The position numbers and the translations under genes are program-made. This document shows, one piece after another, positions 20,529-30,141 of a stretch of DNA of 34,408 bases. Positions within the stretch are counted from its first letter, which is position 1. Each line of letters begins with the position of its first letter. The notes beneath the pieces were generated by a model. It had not been told where the DNA came from. It saw nothing but the letters and a program-made list of their open reading frames with translations, and ran no database searches. Source of the DNA: an uncultured Candidatus Actinomarina sp. (lineage in GTDB: Bacteria; Actinomycetota; Acidimicrobiia; Actinomarinales; Actinomarinaceae); the NCBI GenBank assembly GCA_902634185.1, contig CACPJC010000007.1, positions 1 through 34,408 on the forward strand, in the 5' to 3' direction.

Positions 20529-21449
20529 ATGATAAAAACAATTGCTAAAGTTTTCGCTTTCACTTCCATATTCAAGAATTTGGTTTTGACTCAAAAAAGT
20601 AAAACAGAAGGAATAACCCAATTACATCCTATAAAGATTCCTGGAAGAACTGTCTTTGTGAGAGAAAAAGAATATTTTATTAGAGAAAACAATGTTGAGG
20701 GCACAATACCAATTGTTTTTCTGCATAGTTGGGGTACTGACTCACTTGGTAGTTGGTTTAATGTTCTTCCTAAAATTAAAAATGTTAGTTCATTTATAAC
20801 TATTGATTTTAAAAATCATGGAAGATCGGATGCCAGTTGGGAAAGATGGAGTGTTGATGAGAATGCAGACATAGTAATAAGCATTCTAGATGAATTAAAT
20901 GTATCAGAATGCTATTTAGTAGGTTGGTCCATGGGAAGTGCAGTTGCACTAACAATATCCAAAAAAATTCCGGAAAGAATAAACAAAATGGTTTTGGTTA
21001 CACCATTTAGCTGGATCGAGGGAGAGAGGTATAAAGATAACTTTCTTTTCAAATTACTTGTTGGTGGTGTAAGGATTAGAGAAAGACTTTTTCCCAACAA
21101 AAATCCACAATCTAAATATTCTTTTCTTAAAAAATCTAGTGCTCTAAAAAATGAGTTTACTGATTGGGCGTGGAACAATCTTCATCGTTCTAAAGATGAT
21201 TTTATCTATGGAGATGGTGGAAGACACGTAGTAGCTTTTGATTCAAGAGACTGGCTAGGTGATATTGAAACTGAAACCTTGGCGCTAATTGGTGGTAAAG
21301 ACAGTCTTGTACCTCAAAAAGCATCGCAAGAAGTGACTACAAAAATGCAAAATATTACATCAATAACATTTACTAATGCACTTCATGGAATACCATGGAC
21401 ACATGATGAAGAACTTGTTGAAGAACTCACTAAATTTTTAAATTTATGA
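20529..21449 (+). CDS. Alpha/beta hydrolase
   Basis: FLHSWG, D.KNHGRS, nucleophile elbow GWSMG, GGKD acid and late His. Confidence 0.88.
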   Translation: MIKTIAKVFAFTSIFKNLVLTQKSKTEGITQLHPIKIPGRTVFVREKEYFIRENNVEGTIPIVFLHSWGTDSLGSWFNVLPKIKNVSSFITIDFKNHGRSDASWERWSVDENADIVISILDELNVSECYLVGWSMGSAVALTISKKIPERINKMVLVTPFSWIEGERYKDNFLFKLLVGGVRIRERLFPNKNPQSKYSFLKKSSALKNEFTDWAWNNLHRSKDDFIYGDGGRHVVAFDSRDWLGDIETETLALIGGKDSLVPQKASQEVTTKMQNITSITFTNALHGIPWTHDEELVEELTKFLNL

Positions 21450-22576
21450 AAAATGTTCTATTTATTGCACCCACTACATATCAACTTCCTTTAACTGAAA
21501 ACTTAAAAAAAAAGTTCATTACATTAAGTGAAGTTTGTAATGTTTCTGTTCTAGCTTTTGCAAACAGTAAAACTTTTTTAAACGAGACGTATGGAAACTT
21601 CTACTTAAATAAGAAAATAAAAAATCGTTTAATAAATTATTTTAGAATTATTCAAATTTCAATCTTTACCACCCACAAAATTATTAAAAAGGAAAATATA
21701 GATATTGTATGTTTTCAAGATCCAGTATCTTCTTTTTTTTCAATTCTATTTTTAAAGGTAAGAAGAGCTGAAGTAAAAATAGTTGTTGAAACTCATGGCG
21801 ATTTCATTGAGACCTTGAGTTTAGAGAAAAATTTAGTTTTACCAAGGTTGTACAAAAAACTATTTTACATAATGGCAAAATACTCTATTGGTAAATCAAA
21901 TATTATAAGAGCAGTTTCATCTTCGACTGAACAACAAGTTTTAGATATAGATTCTTCAAAAAGTGTTGTAAGGTTTCCTGCTTGGATTGATTTTAAGGAT
22001 TTTCAAAATATTGAACCTAAGCCACTTTCTAAAGACAAATTTAATATTCTATTTATTGGAAGTGTGACAGATAGAAAAAAACCTCATATGATTATTGAGG
22101 CAATTCAAAGAATCAATGACAAAAGTTATAACTTATCAATTGTTGGGCCCGCTCCTAATGAAAAATATTTTAAAGAGCTCAAAGACTTAATAGATAAATC
22201 AGACCTTCAAAATCAAGTTTCATTGATAGGGCCTGTTGATAGGGAAAGTGTTAAAGATTATTATTCAACTTCAAATTTAATGATTCTACCTTCAATATCA
22301 GAGGGGCTTGCACGGGTAATATTTGAATCACAAGTAGCAATGTGTCCAGTACTTGTTACAGATGCTCCAGGAATGAGTGATATTGTTATTGATGGCCAAA
22401 CAGGATATGTATTTGAAAGTAATAATCTTGATAGCCTCTCATTAAAGATTGAATATATAAAAAATAATTATGATGAGGCATCTTTAGTAGCCAAGAATGC
22501 AAAGGGATTTATTTTATCTAATTATTCTGAAGATAATTTTAAATTTAGCTTCAAAAAACTTTTTGATACGGTTTAA
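21446..22576 (+). CDS. Glycosyltransferase family 4 (GT-B)
   Basis: ETHG, FIGSVTDRKK, PSISEGLARVIFE, IDGQTG. Confidence 0.88.
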   Translation: MKNVLFIAPTTYQLPLTENLKKKFITLSEVCNVSVLAFANSKTFLNETYGNFYLNKKIKNRLINYFRIIQISIFTTHKIIKKENIDIVCFQDPVSSFFSILFLKVRRAEVKIVVETHGDFIETLSLEKNLVLPRLYKKLFYIMAKYSIGKSNIIRAVSSSTEQQVLDIDSSKSVVRFPAWIDFKDFQNIEPKPLSKDKFNILFIGSVTDRKKPHMIIEAIQRINDKSYNLSIVGPAPNEKYFKELKDLIDKSDLQNQVSLIGPVDRESVKDYYSTSNLMILPSISEGLARVIFESQVAMCPVLVTDAPGMSDIVIDGQTGYVFESNNLDSLSLKIEYIKNNYDEASLVAKNAKGFILSNYSEDNFKFSFKKLFDTV

Positions 22577-22613
22577 TTTCAAAACTGTCCACGCAACTTG
22601 CTATTCTTGTAAC

Positions 22614-23639
22614 ATGGAAATTTTATTTTTAGGGATAATTTCAGCGCTTTTAATCGCAATTTTATATTTTGTTACAAAAAAAGATAATTCTGATAAACAA
22701 AATAAGTACGAATATTTGATTAAAGGAATTGTTAGTGAAATTATTGAAAATGAAGAATCTCAAATTTATAAATTATTAAACAAATCAGATCAAACTGTAA
22801 AAGAATTTCTTGAAAAAACTGGTGAAATAAAAAGTTCTATATCAGGAGTAGATCAACAAACTCGAAATTTAATATCAGTATTAAACAATAATCAAAGTAG
22901 GGGTCAGTGGGCTGAGTTTCAAGTTGAAGATCTTCTAGGAATTATGGATTATAAAGAAGGGATCCATTACGAAACTCAAAAAATAATGAAGAGTGGTACA
23001 AAACCTGACTTTACTTTTTACCTTCCAGATGACAAATCGATCAATATGGATTCAAAATTCCCGCTTACGATATATATGGAAATTTCAAAACTTAATAGAG
23101 ATTTAGAAGATGAAACTTTAGATGAAATAGCAAGACGAGAAATAACAGACTCTATTAAGGCCAAAACTAAAGAATTTTTAGATAAATCAATTAAAACAAA
23201 AATAGATGATACTGCTTCGAGGGAGGGCTACATTGCTCCTGATGAAGATACCGTAGACTTTGTTTTAATGTATATTCCACTTGAGAATTTATATCACTTT
23301 CTTCTTACTTCAGTTATTGGTTCTTCAAAAACACCAGTTATTGAATATGCTTTTTCAAGGAAAGTTATATTAGTAAGCCCCCAAACACTAATGGCCTATC
23401 TTGAAACAATAAGACATTCAATGAAATTATTTAGTTTACAAACCGATACTAAGAATATTCTTGCTACTCATGAAAAAATAAAAAATGAAATTAGGAAATT
23501 TATTGATTCATTTGATGATGTAACAAAGAGATTAGACCAAACTGTTCAATCGTTTGAATCTTTAAAGACTACAAGAGTCAATAAACTTGAAAAATCATTT
23601 GAAGAACTTGATCAGGTAAATAAACAACTTGAAGATTAA
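22614..23639 (+). CDS. rmuC: DNA recombination protein RmuC family
   Basis: N-terminal TM anchor from ATG 22614, RGQWAE, KPD...LP, MDSKFP, DFVLMYIP.E, LVSPQTL. Confidence 0.85.
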   Translation: MEILFLGIISALLIAILYFVTKKDNSDKQNKYEYLIKGIVSEIIENEESQIYKLLNKSDQTVKEFLEKTGEIKSSISGVDQQTRNLISVLNNNQSRGQWAEFQVEDLLGIMDYKEGIHYETQKIMKSGTKPDFTFYLPDDKSINMDSKFPLTIYMEISKLNRDLEDETLDEIARREITDSIKAKTKEFLDKSIKTKIDDTASREGYIAPDEDTVDFVLMYIPLENLYHFLLTSVIGSSKTPVIEYAFSRKVILVSPQTLMAYLETIRHSMKLFSLQTDTKNILATHEKIKNEIRKFIDSFDDVTKRLDQTVQSFESLKTTRVNKLEKSFEELDQVNKQLED

Positions 23640-24028
23640 TAATTAGAAGATAATCTTGTTACAACCATAATGCATTTGTCATCTATGTAACTTTTTTTGT
23701 TAATTTTTAAGAATTCTGAGATTTCATCACTTTCCGCACCTGGTTGGTACCAAAAATTGTCATACCCCTTCTCAACCAAATCCCGTGTAACAATTAATCC
23801 TTCATACGGAGGTATTACAAAATTGATTATCGAGGGGATTTCTTCAAGCATTTCTATATTTTTATATGCTTTAAGTCCTTCAATTTCTTTTTCTTTCTTG
23901 TTAACCGGATAAACAGTGTATCCCTTTTTTGTTAAATCTAATAAAATTTTATTTCCATATTTTCTGGGATCATTTGATGATCCAATCAGAGCAATAGAAT
24001 TACTTTTATTCTTTAAAGATTCAATCAA
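23636..24028 (-). CDS. CoA-binding protein (YccU-like)
   Basis: IALIGSSNDPRKYG, VYPVN, WYQPGAES, CIMV. Confidence 0.88.
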   Translation of the reverse strand: MIESLKNKSNSIALIGSSNDPRKYGNKILLDLTKKGYTVYPVNKKEKEIEGLKAYKNIEMLEEIPSIINFVIPPYEGLIVTRDLVEKGYDNFWYQPGAESDEISEFLKINKKSYIDDKCIMVVTRLSSNY

Positions 24029-25819
24029 TTAGAAATTATCAGCCTTCATGGCATAAAGATCATCTTTACCTGCTGTAACAGCTGAAGCATAACCAGATGT
24101 CAATGGAAGTAGTTGTTCCATGTAAAATTTTGAAAGGGTTAATTTATCGGTATAAAACTCATCATTAGTTTCTTTAAATTTTTTGTTTGCCAAAATAGCA
24201 GCTTTACCCATATAGTATCCACCAAGAACCTGTCCAAACATTTTCAAATAAGGTGTAGCAGCAGCACTTGCGTCAACAAGTTCTCCTTCTAACATTCTTC
24301 CACCAAGCCATAATGTAACCTCGGACAATGTAGAGACTTCTTTTTCAAGCTTTTCTGCCATAGATGAAATTACTTCATCATCTTTCTTCATTTCCTCGAT
24401 AAGTTCATTTACATCACCCAATAATCTTTGCATTGCTTGACCATTGTCTAATGGCAATTTTCTAAACATTAAATCTAAGGCCTGAATTCCATTTGTTCCT
24501 TCATAAATTGGTGCAATTCTTGAATCCCTCAGATATTGAGCTACTCCAGTCTCTTCGACATAACCCATTCCACCATAAACTTGTATAGCCATAGAAGAAA
24601 GCTCAACTCCTAAATCTGATATCCATGCTTTAGTAATTGGAGTCAAGATTCCACATCTTTCCTCACCAAACGCCTTCATTTCCTCATCTTCTGCAAAGTA
24701 TTCTACATCCAGCATTAATTGATTGTCATACATCATATATCTCATTGCATCAACGTATGATTTAATTGTCATAAGCATTCTTCTAACATCTGCATGATCA
24801 ATAATTGTTGAATTTTTAGCATCCTCTTTTGACATTCCAACAGGGCGACCTTGGACTCTATCCCTAGCATATTGGGCAGCACCCTGAAGAGATCCTGATG
24901 CGCAAGCAAGACCTTGTCCACCTACCCATACTCTTGCCTCATTCATCATTGTGAACATGTAGTTAAGGCCTCTGTTTTCCTCTCCAACTAAATAGCCAAC
25001 TGATTCGTTATATTCCATAACACATGTTGGACTTGCGTGAATACCTAATTTTTCCTCAATAGAGATACATGTTACATTGTTGCTTTCGCCAGAAGAGCCA
25101 TCTTCATTGACCATCATTTTTGGAACTATAAACATAGAAATACCTTTTGTTCCTTCAGGTGAACCAGGTACTTTCGCAAGTACTAAATGAATGATGTTGT
25201 CAGTCATATCATGTTCTCCAAAAGTAATCCAAACTTTTGTTCCAGTTATTTTATAAGTTCCATCATCTTGAGGCTCTGCTTTTGTAGTGATTGTTCCAAG
25301 ATCAGATCCTGATTGTGGCTCACTAAGGTTCATAGTCCCTGTCCACTCACCTGAAACTAATTTAGGTAAAAACTTTTCTTTTTGTTCTTCACTTCCATGA
25401 AAATTAATTGCTGAAATTGCTCCGGCACTTAAACCTGGTGCTAGTCCAAAAGCGAGATTTGCACTACTTAAAATTTCAAGAGTTCCTCCGGAGAGTGCGA
25501 TTGGCATTCCTCCTCCACCAATTTCTGATGGTAACGAAATTGAAGCCCACCCAGCTTCGGCAAATCTTTTATAAGCGTCGACAAATTCAGGTGGCATCGA
25601 TACTTTTCCGTTATCAATAGTCGCTCCTTGTTGGTCACCAATTGCATTTATTGGTGCCAAAACTTCTTCTGCAAATTTTGCACATTCTTCCATAGTTGGA
25701 ATGACAATATCTTCAGTGAAGTCACTAAATGCTGGTATTTTACCAATAACGTCATAAGTGTCTACTACTTCGTATCCAAACACTATATCTTTAATTGGGG
25801 CCTTGTATGCGACAGCCAT
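24029..25819 (-). CDS. Long-form acyl-CoA dehydrogenase (DmdC/FadE5-like)
   Basis: GTMNLSEPQSGSDLG, GTKVWIT.GEHD, KLGIHASPTC, QVYGGMGY, IYEGTNGIQALDL. Confidence 0.92.
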   Translation of the reverse strand: MAVAYKAPIKDIVFGYEVVDTYDVIGKIPAFSDFTEDIVIPTMEECAKFAEEVLAPINAIGDQQGATIDNGKVSMPPEFVDAYKRFAEAGWASISLPSEIGGGGMPIALSGGTLEILSSANLAFGLAPGLSAGAISAINFHGSEEQKEKFLPKLVSGEWTGTMNLSEPQSGSDLGTITTKAEPQDDGTYKITGTKVWITFGEHDMTDNIIHLVLAKVPGSPEGTKGISMFIVPKMMVNEDGSSGESNNVTCISIEEKLGIHASPTCVMEYNESVGYLVGEENRGLNYMFTMMNEARVWVGGQGLACASGSLQGAAQYARDRVQGRPVGMSKEDAKNSTIIDHADVRRMLMTIKSYVDAMRYMMYDNQLMLDVEYFAEDEEMKAFGEERCGILTPITKAWISDLGVELSSMAIQVYGGMGYVEETGVAQYLRDSRIAPIYEGTNGIQALDLMFRKLPLDNGQAMQRLLGDVNELIEEMKKDDEVISSMAEKLEKEVSTLSEVTLWLGGRMLEGELVDASAAATPYLKMFGQVLGGYYMGKAAILANKKFKETNDEFYTDKLTLSKFYMEQLLPLTSGYASAVTAGKDDLYAMKADNF

Positions 25820-25858
25820 ATTCTATTTTAAACGTAAAGTATCAAAATTATAAAATTC

Positions 25859-26704
25859 TCAGCGCGGTTTTATTTCAATTAATTCTGAGACTTCCTTTAT
25901 TTTCTCCATAGTGGGAAGTTCATTAGTTCCAGCAACAATTGCTCCAGATGCACAAGCACCTTTAACATTCTCAATTAAGTTTTCTACACCAAATGCACCA
26001 ATGTATGCAGCTGTTGCATCTCCAGCCCCAGTTGAATTTATAGTTTTGAAATCTGGCGGTGTAATTTCTAATACCCCATCTTTACTAATCAACCTTGCAG
26101 GAAGATTTGATGATGTTAAAAGAATCCAATCAACGTATTCTTCATTTATTAATCTGTTTGCTTCAATTACATCAATTTCATCTTTACTTACAACTAAAAA
26201 ATTAATTTTGTAAGTAATTTCTTCTTGATAGCCTGCCTGTGTAATAAACATATCATGGCTTACACTTTCTAAATCTTGTTTTATAAACGGAATAGAATAC
26301 CTATCTACTATCAATGAGTCAAAGTTTTTAACTTCTTTCAAATTATTCCACTTACAAAAGTTATAACCCGAGGAAATTATTGTCCTCTCACCATTTTTAT
26401 CTACATAAATCGAACAAGTTGGAGTATCGTGATTTTCAAAAATTATATTTTCGTAGTTTATGTTTGAATTTTCAAAATGTTTGATCATATATTTACCAAA
26501 TTCGTCACTTCCTATACTATTTCCTGCGACCCCAACATTAAGACCCCAGTTGGCTATATTTTCAGCACAATTAGTTGCTGTACCTCCTGCTCTGATTAGG
26601 TATTTATTACTCCTTATATCTCCACCTAAATTCGGGAGTTCATCGATGAAATATATAAAATCAGGATTCAGAGTGCCAAAACTCAATATATTATTAAAAG
26701 ACAT
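25859..26704 (-). CDS. PfkB/ribokinase family carbohydrate kinase
   Basis: GGTATNCA, IGSDEFG, NGERTI, anion hole NSTGAGD. Confidence 0.88.
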   Translation of the reverse strand: MSFNNILSFGTLNPDFIYFIDELPNLGGDIRSNKYLIRAGGTATNCAENIANWGLNVGVAGNSIGSDEFGKYMIKHFENSNINYENIIFENHDTPTCSIYVDKNGERTIISSGYNFCKWNNLKEVKNFDSLIVDRYSIPFIKQDLESVSHDMFITQAGYQEEITYKINFLVVSKDEIDVIEANRLINEEYVDWILLTSSNLPARLISKDGVLEITPPDFKTINSTGAGDATAAYIGAFGVENLIENVKGACASGAIVAGTNELPTMEKIKEVSELIEIKPR

Positions 26705-26765
26705 AGTTACTATTCTATGCTTTAAAAATTTATCATATAAGCCGAATTTTGTTTAAATATTAACT

Positions 26766-27173
26766 ATGAACGTAAAAACATTAAATGCAAAAATTGATGA
26801 ATTTGTATCAAACACAATGAGTTTTTTAAACAATATCCAAGTTTATCATTGGCAAACTCAGTCTTATTCAGAACATGAAGCATTGGGCGAATACTATGAA
26901 ACTCTTACTCAGTTAAATGATAAGCTTGTCGAGTCATGGCAGGGAAATCAAAATACCAGACTGAGATTTAGTGAAGGTCCTTACTCAATTGAAAACTATT
27001 TTTCAAAAGAAGAAACTAAAAATAAAATTGTCGAGTTTAAAAAACATGTAACCACAATTTCAGGATTTGTATCTGAATTAAATGAGACAAACCAGTTTGA
27101 TGATATTGAAAATATTCTTGAAGAAATATCAGAAGTTAATAGCCGAACTCTTTATCTTTTAAGTTTGAGTTAA
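26766..27173 (+). CDS. Short Dps/ferritin-like four-helix protein (DUF5856-like)
   Basis: HWQTQSYSEHEALGEYY...DKLVE is a Dps-type H-W...H...D...E ferroxidase pattern; C-terminal LYLLSL. Confidence 0.7.
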   Translation: MNVKTLNAKIDEFVSNTMSFLNNIQVYHWQTQSYSEHEALGEYYETLTQLNDKLVESWQGNQNTRLRFSEGPYSIENYFSKEETKNKIVEFKKHVTTISGFVSELNETNQFDDIENILEEISEVNSRTLYLLSLS

Positions 27174-27222
27174 TTCAATATCTGAATACTCTATACTGAG
27201 AAAACAAATTAGAAAGATACAT

Positions 27223-27588
27223 ATGAAAGTAGCCTATGTTTTAAATACACCTAACGCTGCAAATTATAAAGTTGGAGAAATGATACTTCCTCAACTTGAA
27301 AGTGATAGTCATGGTGTTGATGTTGTAGGAATTTTCTTTTTTGATGATAATACAATGCTTCTTCAAAAAGGAAACCCTAAAGGCGAAAGACTTGCAAAAA
27401 TTGCTGCAGAAAAAGGCATGCTCTTAATGATGTGTGACCAATGTGCAAATCAAAGAGGTCTAGCTTCTGAAAACAGCGATGGTGGTTATCCACCTGAAGG
27501 TACAGTTGATGGAGTAGCAGTTGGTTGTTTCCCAGATCTCTATAGTGCATTATCAGGTAATATGCCTGATCAGGTCATTTCACTTTAA
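27223..27588 (+). CDS. DsrE-related small protein (SaoD-like by recall)
   Basis: GIFFFDDN (compare DsrE FFxxDGV), CDQCA.QRGL, GCFPDLY. Confidence 0.65.
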   Translation: MKVAYVLNTPNAANYKVGEMILPQLESDSHGVDVVGIFFFDDNTMLLQKGNPKGERLAKIAAEKGMLLMMCDQCANQRGLASENSDGGYPPEGTVDGVAVGCFPDLYSALSGNMPDQVISL

Positions 27589-27602
27589 CCTAAGAATTAC
27601 TT

Positions 27603-27634
27603 AAAACAAATTACCACTACAAACGGCAATTTGT
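27603..27634 (-). terminator. Hairpin and probable terminator of the aceA-aceB-SDR transcript
   Basis: Minus-strand ACAAAUUGCC-9 nt-GGUAAUUUGU, a 10-bp stem with one G-U, followed by UUU. The wobble pairs only on the minus strand. Confidence 0.5.
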
Positions 27635-27717
27635 CTAGGTTTTCGGTTATTGAAAATAAACAATTTTTTCACTCATTGAATTTAAAGGATGAAAGAATTA
27701 ATAGACTTTTGTTGTGA

Positions 27718-28566
27718 TTAAGCTTGTAGCCAGTCTTCAGGATTATCATCTACAAAAAAATCTGAAACTAAAGTTGCGTCTGGATCTACTGCATATTGAT
27801 CAAAATCTGTGATACCTTCTTCTTCAAGAACATCTTGGTCTAAAAAGAAGTTTCCGGTGCATGATGATGAATCTCTCTTCAAGACGGCGTATGCAGCATC
27901 AGCATATATAGAAGGTTTCCTTGATCCTTTTACAAGTTCTGCCCCAATTACATTCCTTACAGCAGCTGTATCTAATGAAGTTCTTGGCCATAGACAATTT
28001 GATGCGATTCCAAATTTACCAAGTTCTTCTGCTAATCCATGAGCTATCAATGTCATACCGTATTTTGCAGTTGTGTAAGCTAATGTCATTCCAAACCATT
28101 TTCTATCAAAGTTCAAAGGCGGGGAAAGTGTAAGGATGTGTGGGTTTTTTCCATTTTTTAAATGAGGAATTGTTTTTTGACTTAACAAGAACGTCCCTCT
28201 TACATTAATTCCATGCATTAAGTCATATCTTTTCATTGGAGTATTTACTGTATCAGTAAGATGAATGGCACTTGCATTATTTACACAAATATCTATTCCA
28301 CCAAACTTTTCAACAGCTTCATTGACGGCGCTTTCTACTTGTTCTTCAAATCTTATATCACAAACGATAGGCAAAGCTTTCCCACCAACTGACTCAATCT
28401 CTTCTGCGGCTGTATAAATTGTTCCAGGAAGCGTAGGATGAGGCTCAGTTGTTTTTGCGAGTATAGCAATGTTTGCTCCATCTTTACCTAGTGCTTTTGC
28501 TATTTCAAGGCCAACACCTCTTGACCCTCCACTCATAATTATTGTTTTATCTTTAAAAAATGACAT
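27718..28566 (-). CDS. Short-chain dehydrogenase/reductase, HSDL2-like
   Basis: SGGSRGVG, AKTTEPHPTLPGTIY, NNASAI, YTTAK. Confidence 0.9.
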   Translation of the reverse strand: MSFFKDKTIIMSGGSRGVGLEIAKALGKDGANIAILAKTTEPHPTLPGTIYTAAEEIESVGGKALPIVCDIRFEEQVESAVNEAVEKFGGIDICVNNASAIHLTDTVNTPMKRYDLMHGINVRGTFLLSQKTIPHLKNGKNPHILTLSPPLNFDRKWFGMTLAYTTAKYGMTLIAHGLAEELGKFGIASNCLWPRTSLDTAAVRNVIGAELVKGSRKPSIYADAAYAVLKRDSSSCTGNFFLDQDVLEEEGITDFDQYAVDPDATLVSDFFVDDNPEDWLQA

Positions 28567-28569
28567 AAT

Positions 28570-30141
28570 CTAATCTATCAAATTATAAGCTGGTAATGTT
28601 AAAAATTCTTCAAAATCTTCATCAAAAATAAGATCGCTAAATAATGTTACTGCTTCACTTAGCATTTCTGAATTTTCTTGAATTTCTTTTATTTTATTTA
28701 CTTCATCTTCGATTAGCTCGGTTACAAAACTTTTATCAATACTTTTGTTTACGTCTGTTTTTGCTTCATTCTTAATCCACTGCCATAATTGAGATCTAGA
28801 GATTTCAGCTGTTGCAGCATCCTCCATTAGATTAAATAATGCAGCGGCTCCCTGTCCCAAAAGCCATGATTGAACATACAAGATACCAACACGTATATTA
28901 GTTCTAATACCTTCTTCGGTAATTGTTGCTCCAGGGATATTAAAATCTTGAAGCATGTCCTCAGATATAACTGGTTCATTGGGTATAAAATCAATTTGGT
29001 TTTCCTTAGCGCCTAAGGAATCTTTGAATACATCTTTACATACTTGTACTAAATCTGGATGTGCTACCCAAGAGCCATCAAAACCCATAGTTACTTCACG
29101 TTCTTTATCTTTTTTCACTTGATCTATTGCCTTTTCTGTAATTTCAGGATCTCTTCTATTTGGTATAAACGCAGACATACCCCCTATTGCATGAGCACCT
29201 CGTTTGTGACAGCTCTGTACAAGCAATTCAGTGTATGCTTTCATAAATGGAACAGTCATAGTAATTTGTGATCTATCTGGAAAATTTATTTCTGGCAAGT
29301 CCCTATGTTTTTTGATCGCGCTAAAAATATAATCCCATCGGCCTGCATTCATTCCTAGAGAATGCTCTTTTAGTGAGTAAAGAATCTCCTCAATTTCAAA
29401 AGATGCTGATATTGTCTCTAGGAGTACAGTTGCCCGCAAAGTTCCTCTAGGCAAACTCAGTTCATCTTCAGAAAAAGAAAAGATATCATCCCAAAGTTGT
29501 GACTCTGAACTATTTTCAAGCTTTGGTATGTAAAAATATGTACCTATCCCATTTTCTAATCTCAATTTTGCATTGTGAAATGTATATAAAGCAAAATCTA
29601 AAAATGCTCCTGATATAGGGGCTCCATTTAGTAATACATTTTTGTCATCAAGGTGTAGGCCTCTTGGCCTTACAAAGAGACTCGTGTTACTTTCTGGGTT
29701 TAAAGAGTATGTTTTCTCATTTTTTGGATCCACAAATTCAAGGTCTCTAAGATTAGCATCAAGTAAATTGACTTGGCCATCCATAATATTTTTCCATGTA
29801 GGGGAAGTTGAATCTTCAAAATCTGCCATGAATACATCAGCTCCAGAATTCAATGCATTTATAATCATTTTTCTATCCACTGGTCCAGTAATTTCTACAT
29901 TTCTATTTGCCACATCTGCTGGGGGTGCTGTAACCTTCCAATTGTCTTCTCTTATTTTTTTGTCTTTTGGGAAAGAAAGTCTTTTACCAGATGAAATATC
30001 ATTTTGCATTTTTACCCTATTTTTTAGAATTTCTTGACGGGTATTCTCAAAAGTTAAACAGACTTTTTCTAGAAAACTAATAGCCTCATCCGTCAATATA
30101 TTTTGATATTGACTTTTTTTTTCAGAATTAATATCGATCAT
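28570..30141 (-). CDS. aceB: Malate synthase A
   Basis: VEITGPVDRKMIINALNSGA, DFED, VRPRGLHL, NAGRWDYIFS, LMEDAATAEISR. Confidence 0.97.
   Translation of the reverse strand: MIDINSEKKSQYQNILTDEAISFLEKVCLTFENTRQEILKNRVKMQNDISSGKRLSFPKDKKIREDNWKVTAPPADVANRNVEITGPVDRKMIINALNSGADVFMADFEDSTSPTWKNIMDGQVNLLDANLRDLEFVDPKNEKTYSLNPESNTSLFVRPRGLHLDDKNVLLNGAPISGAFLDFALYTFHNAKLRLENGIGTYFYIPKLENSSESQLWDDIFSFSEDELSLPRGTLRATVLLETISASFEIEEILYSLKEHSLGMNAGRWDYIFSAIKKHRDLPEINFPDRSQITMTVPFMKAYTELLVQSCHKRGAHAIGGMSAFIPNRRDPEITEKAIDQVKKDKEREVTMGFDGSWVAHPDLVQVCKDVFKDSLGAKENQIDFIPNEPVISEDMLQDFNIPGATITEEGIRTNIRVGILYVQSWLLGQGAAALFNLMEDAATAEISRSQLWQWIKNEAKTDVNKSIDKSFVTELIEDEVNKIKEIQENSEMLSEAVTLFSDLIFDEDFEEFLTLPAYNLID

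Noticed and set aside
22497-22613. ORF-track N-terminal extensions of rmuC (also 12685, 31448 and 33993 for other genes)
   Set aside because: They overlap upstream genes extensively. Downstream ATGs at 22614, 12742, 31427/31424 and 33957 fit promoter or stop-start coupling geometry.
22614-23639. RmuC nuclease-fold protein as part of a defence or mobile system
   Set aside because: RmuC is a widespread chromosomal gene, and no methylase, integrase or other defence genes are adjacent.
27589-27717. 42 open codons in frame after the TAA of the DsrE-like gene (possible read-through), plus tiny minus-strand ORFs
   Set aside because: The stop is TAA, not TGA; the protein already looks complete; the extension has no recognisable features; and the region holds a terminator-like hairpin.
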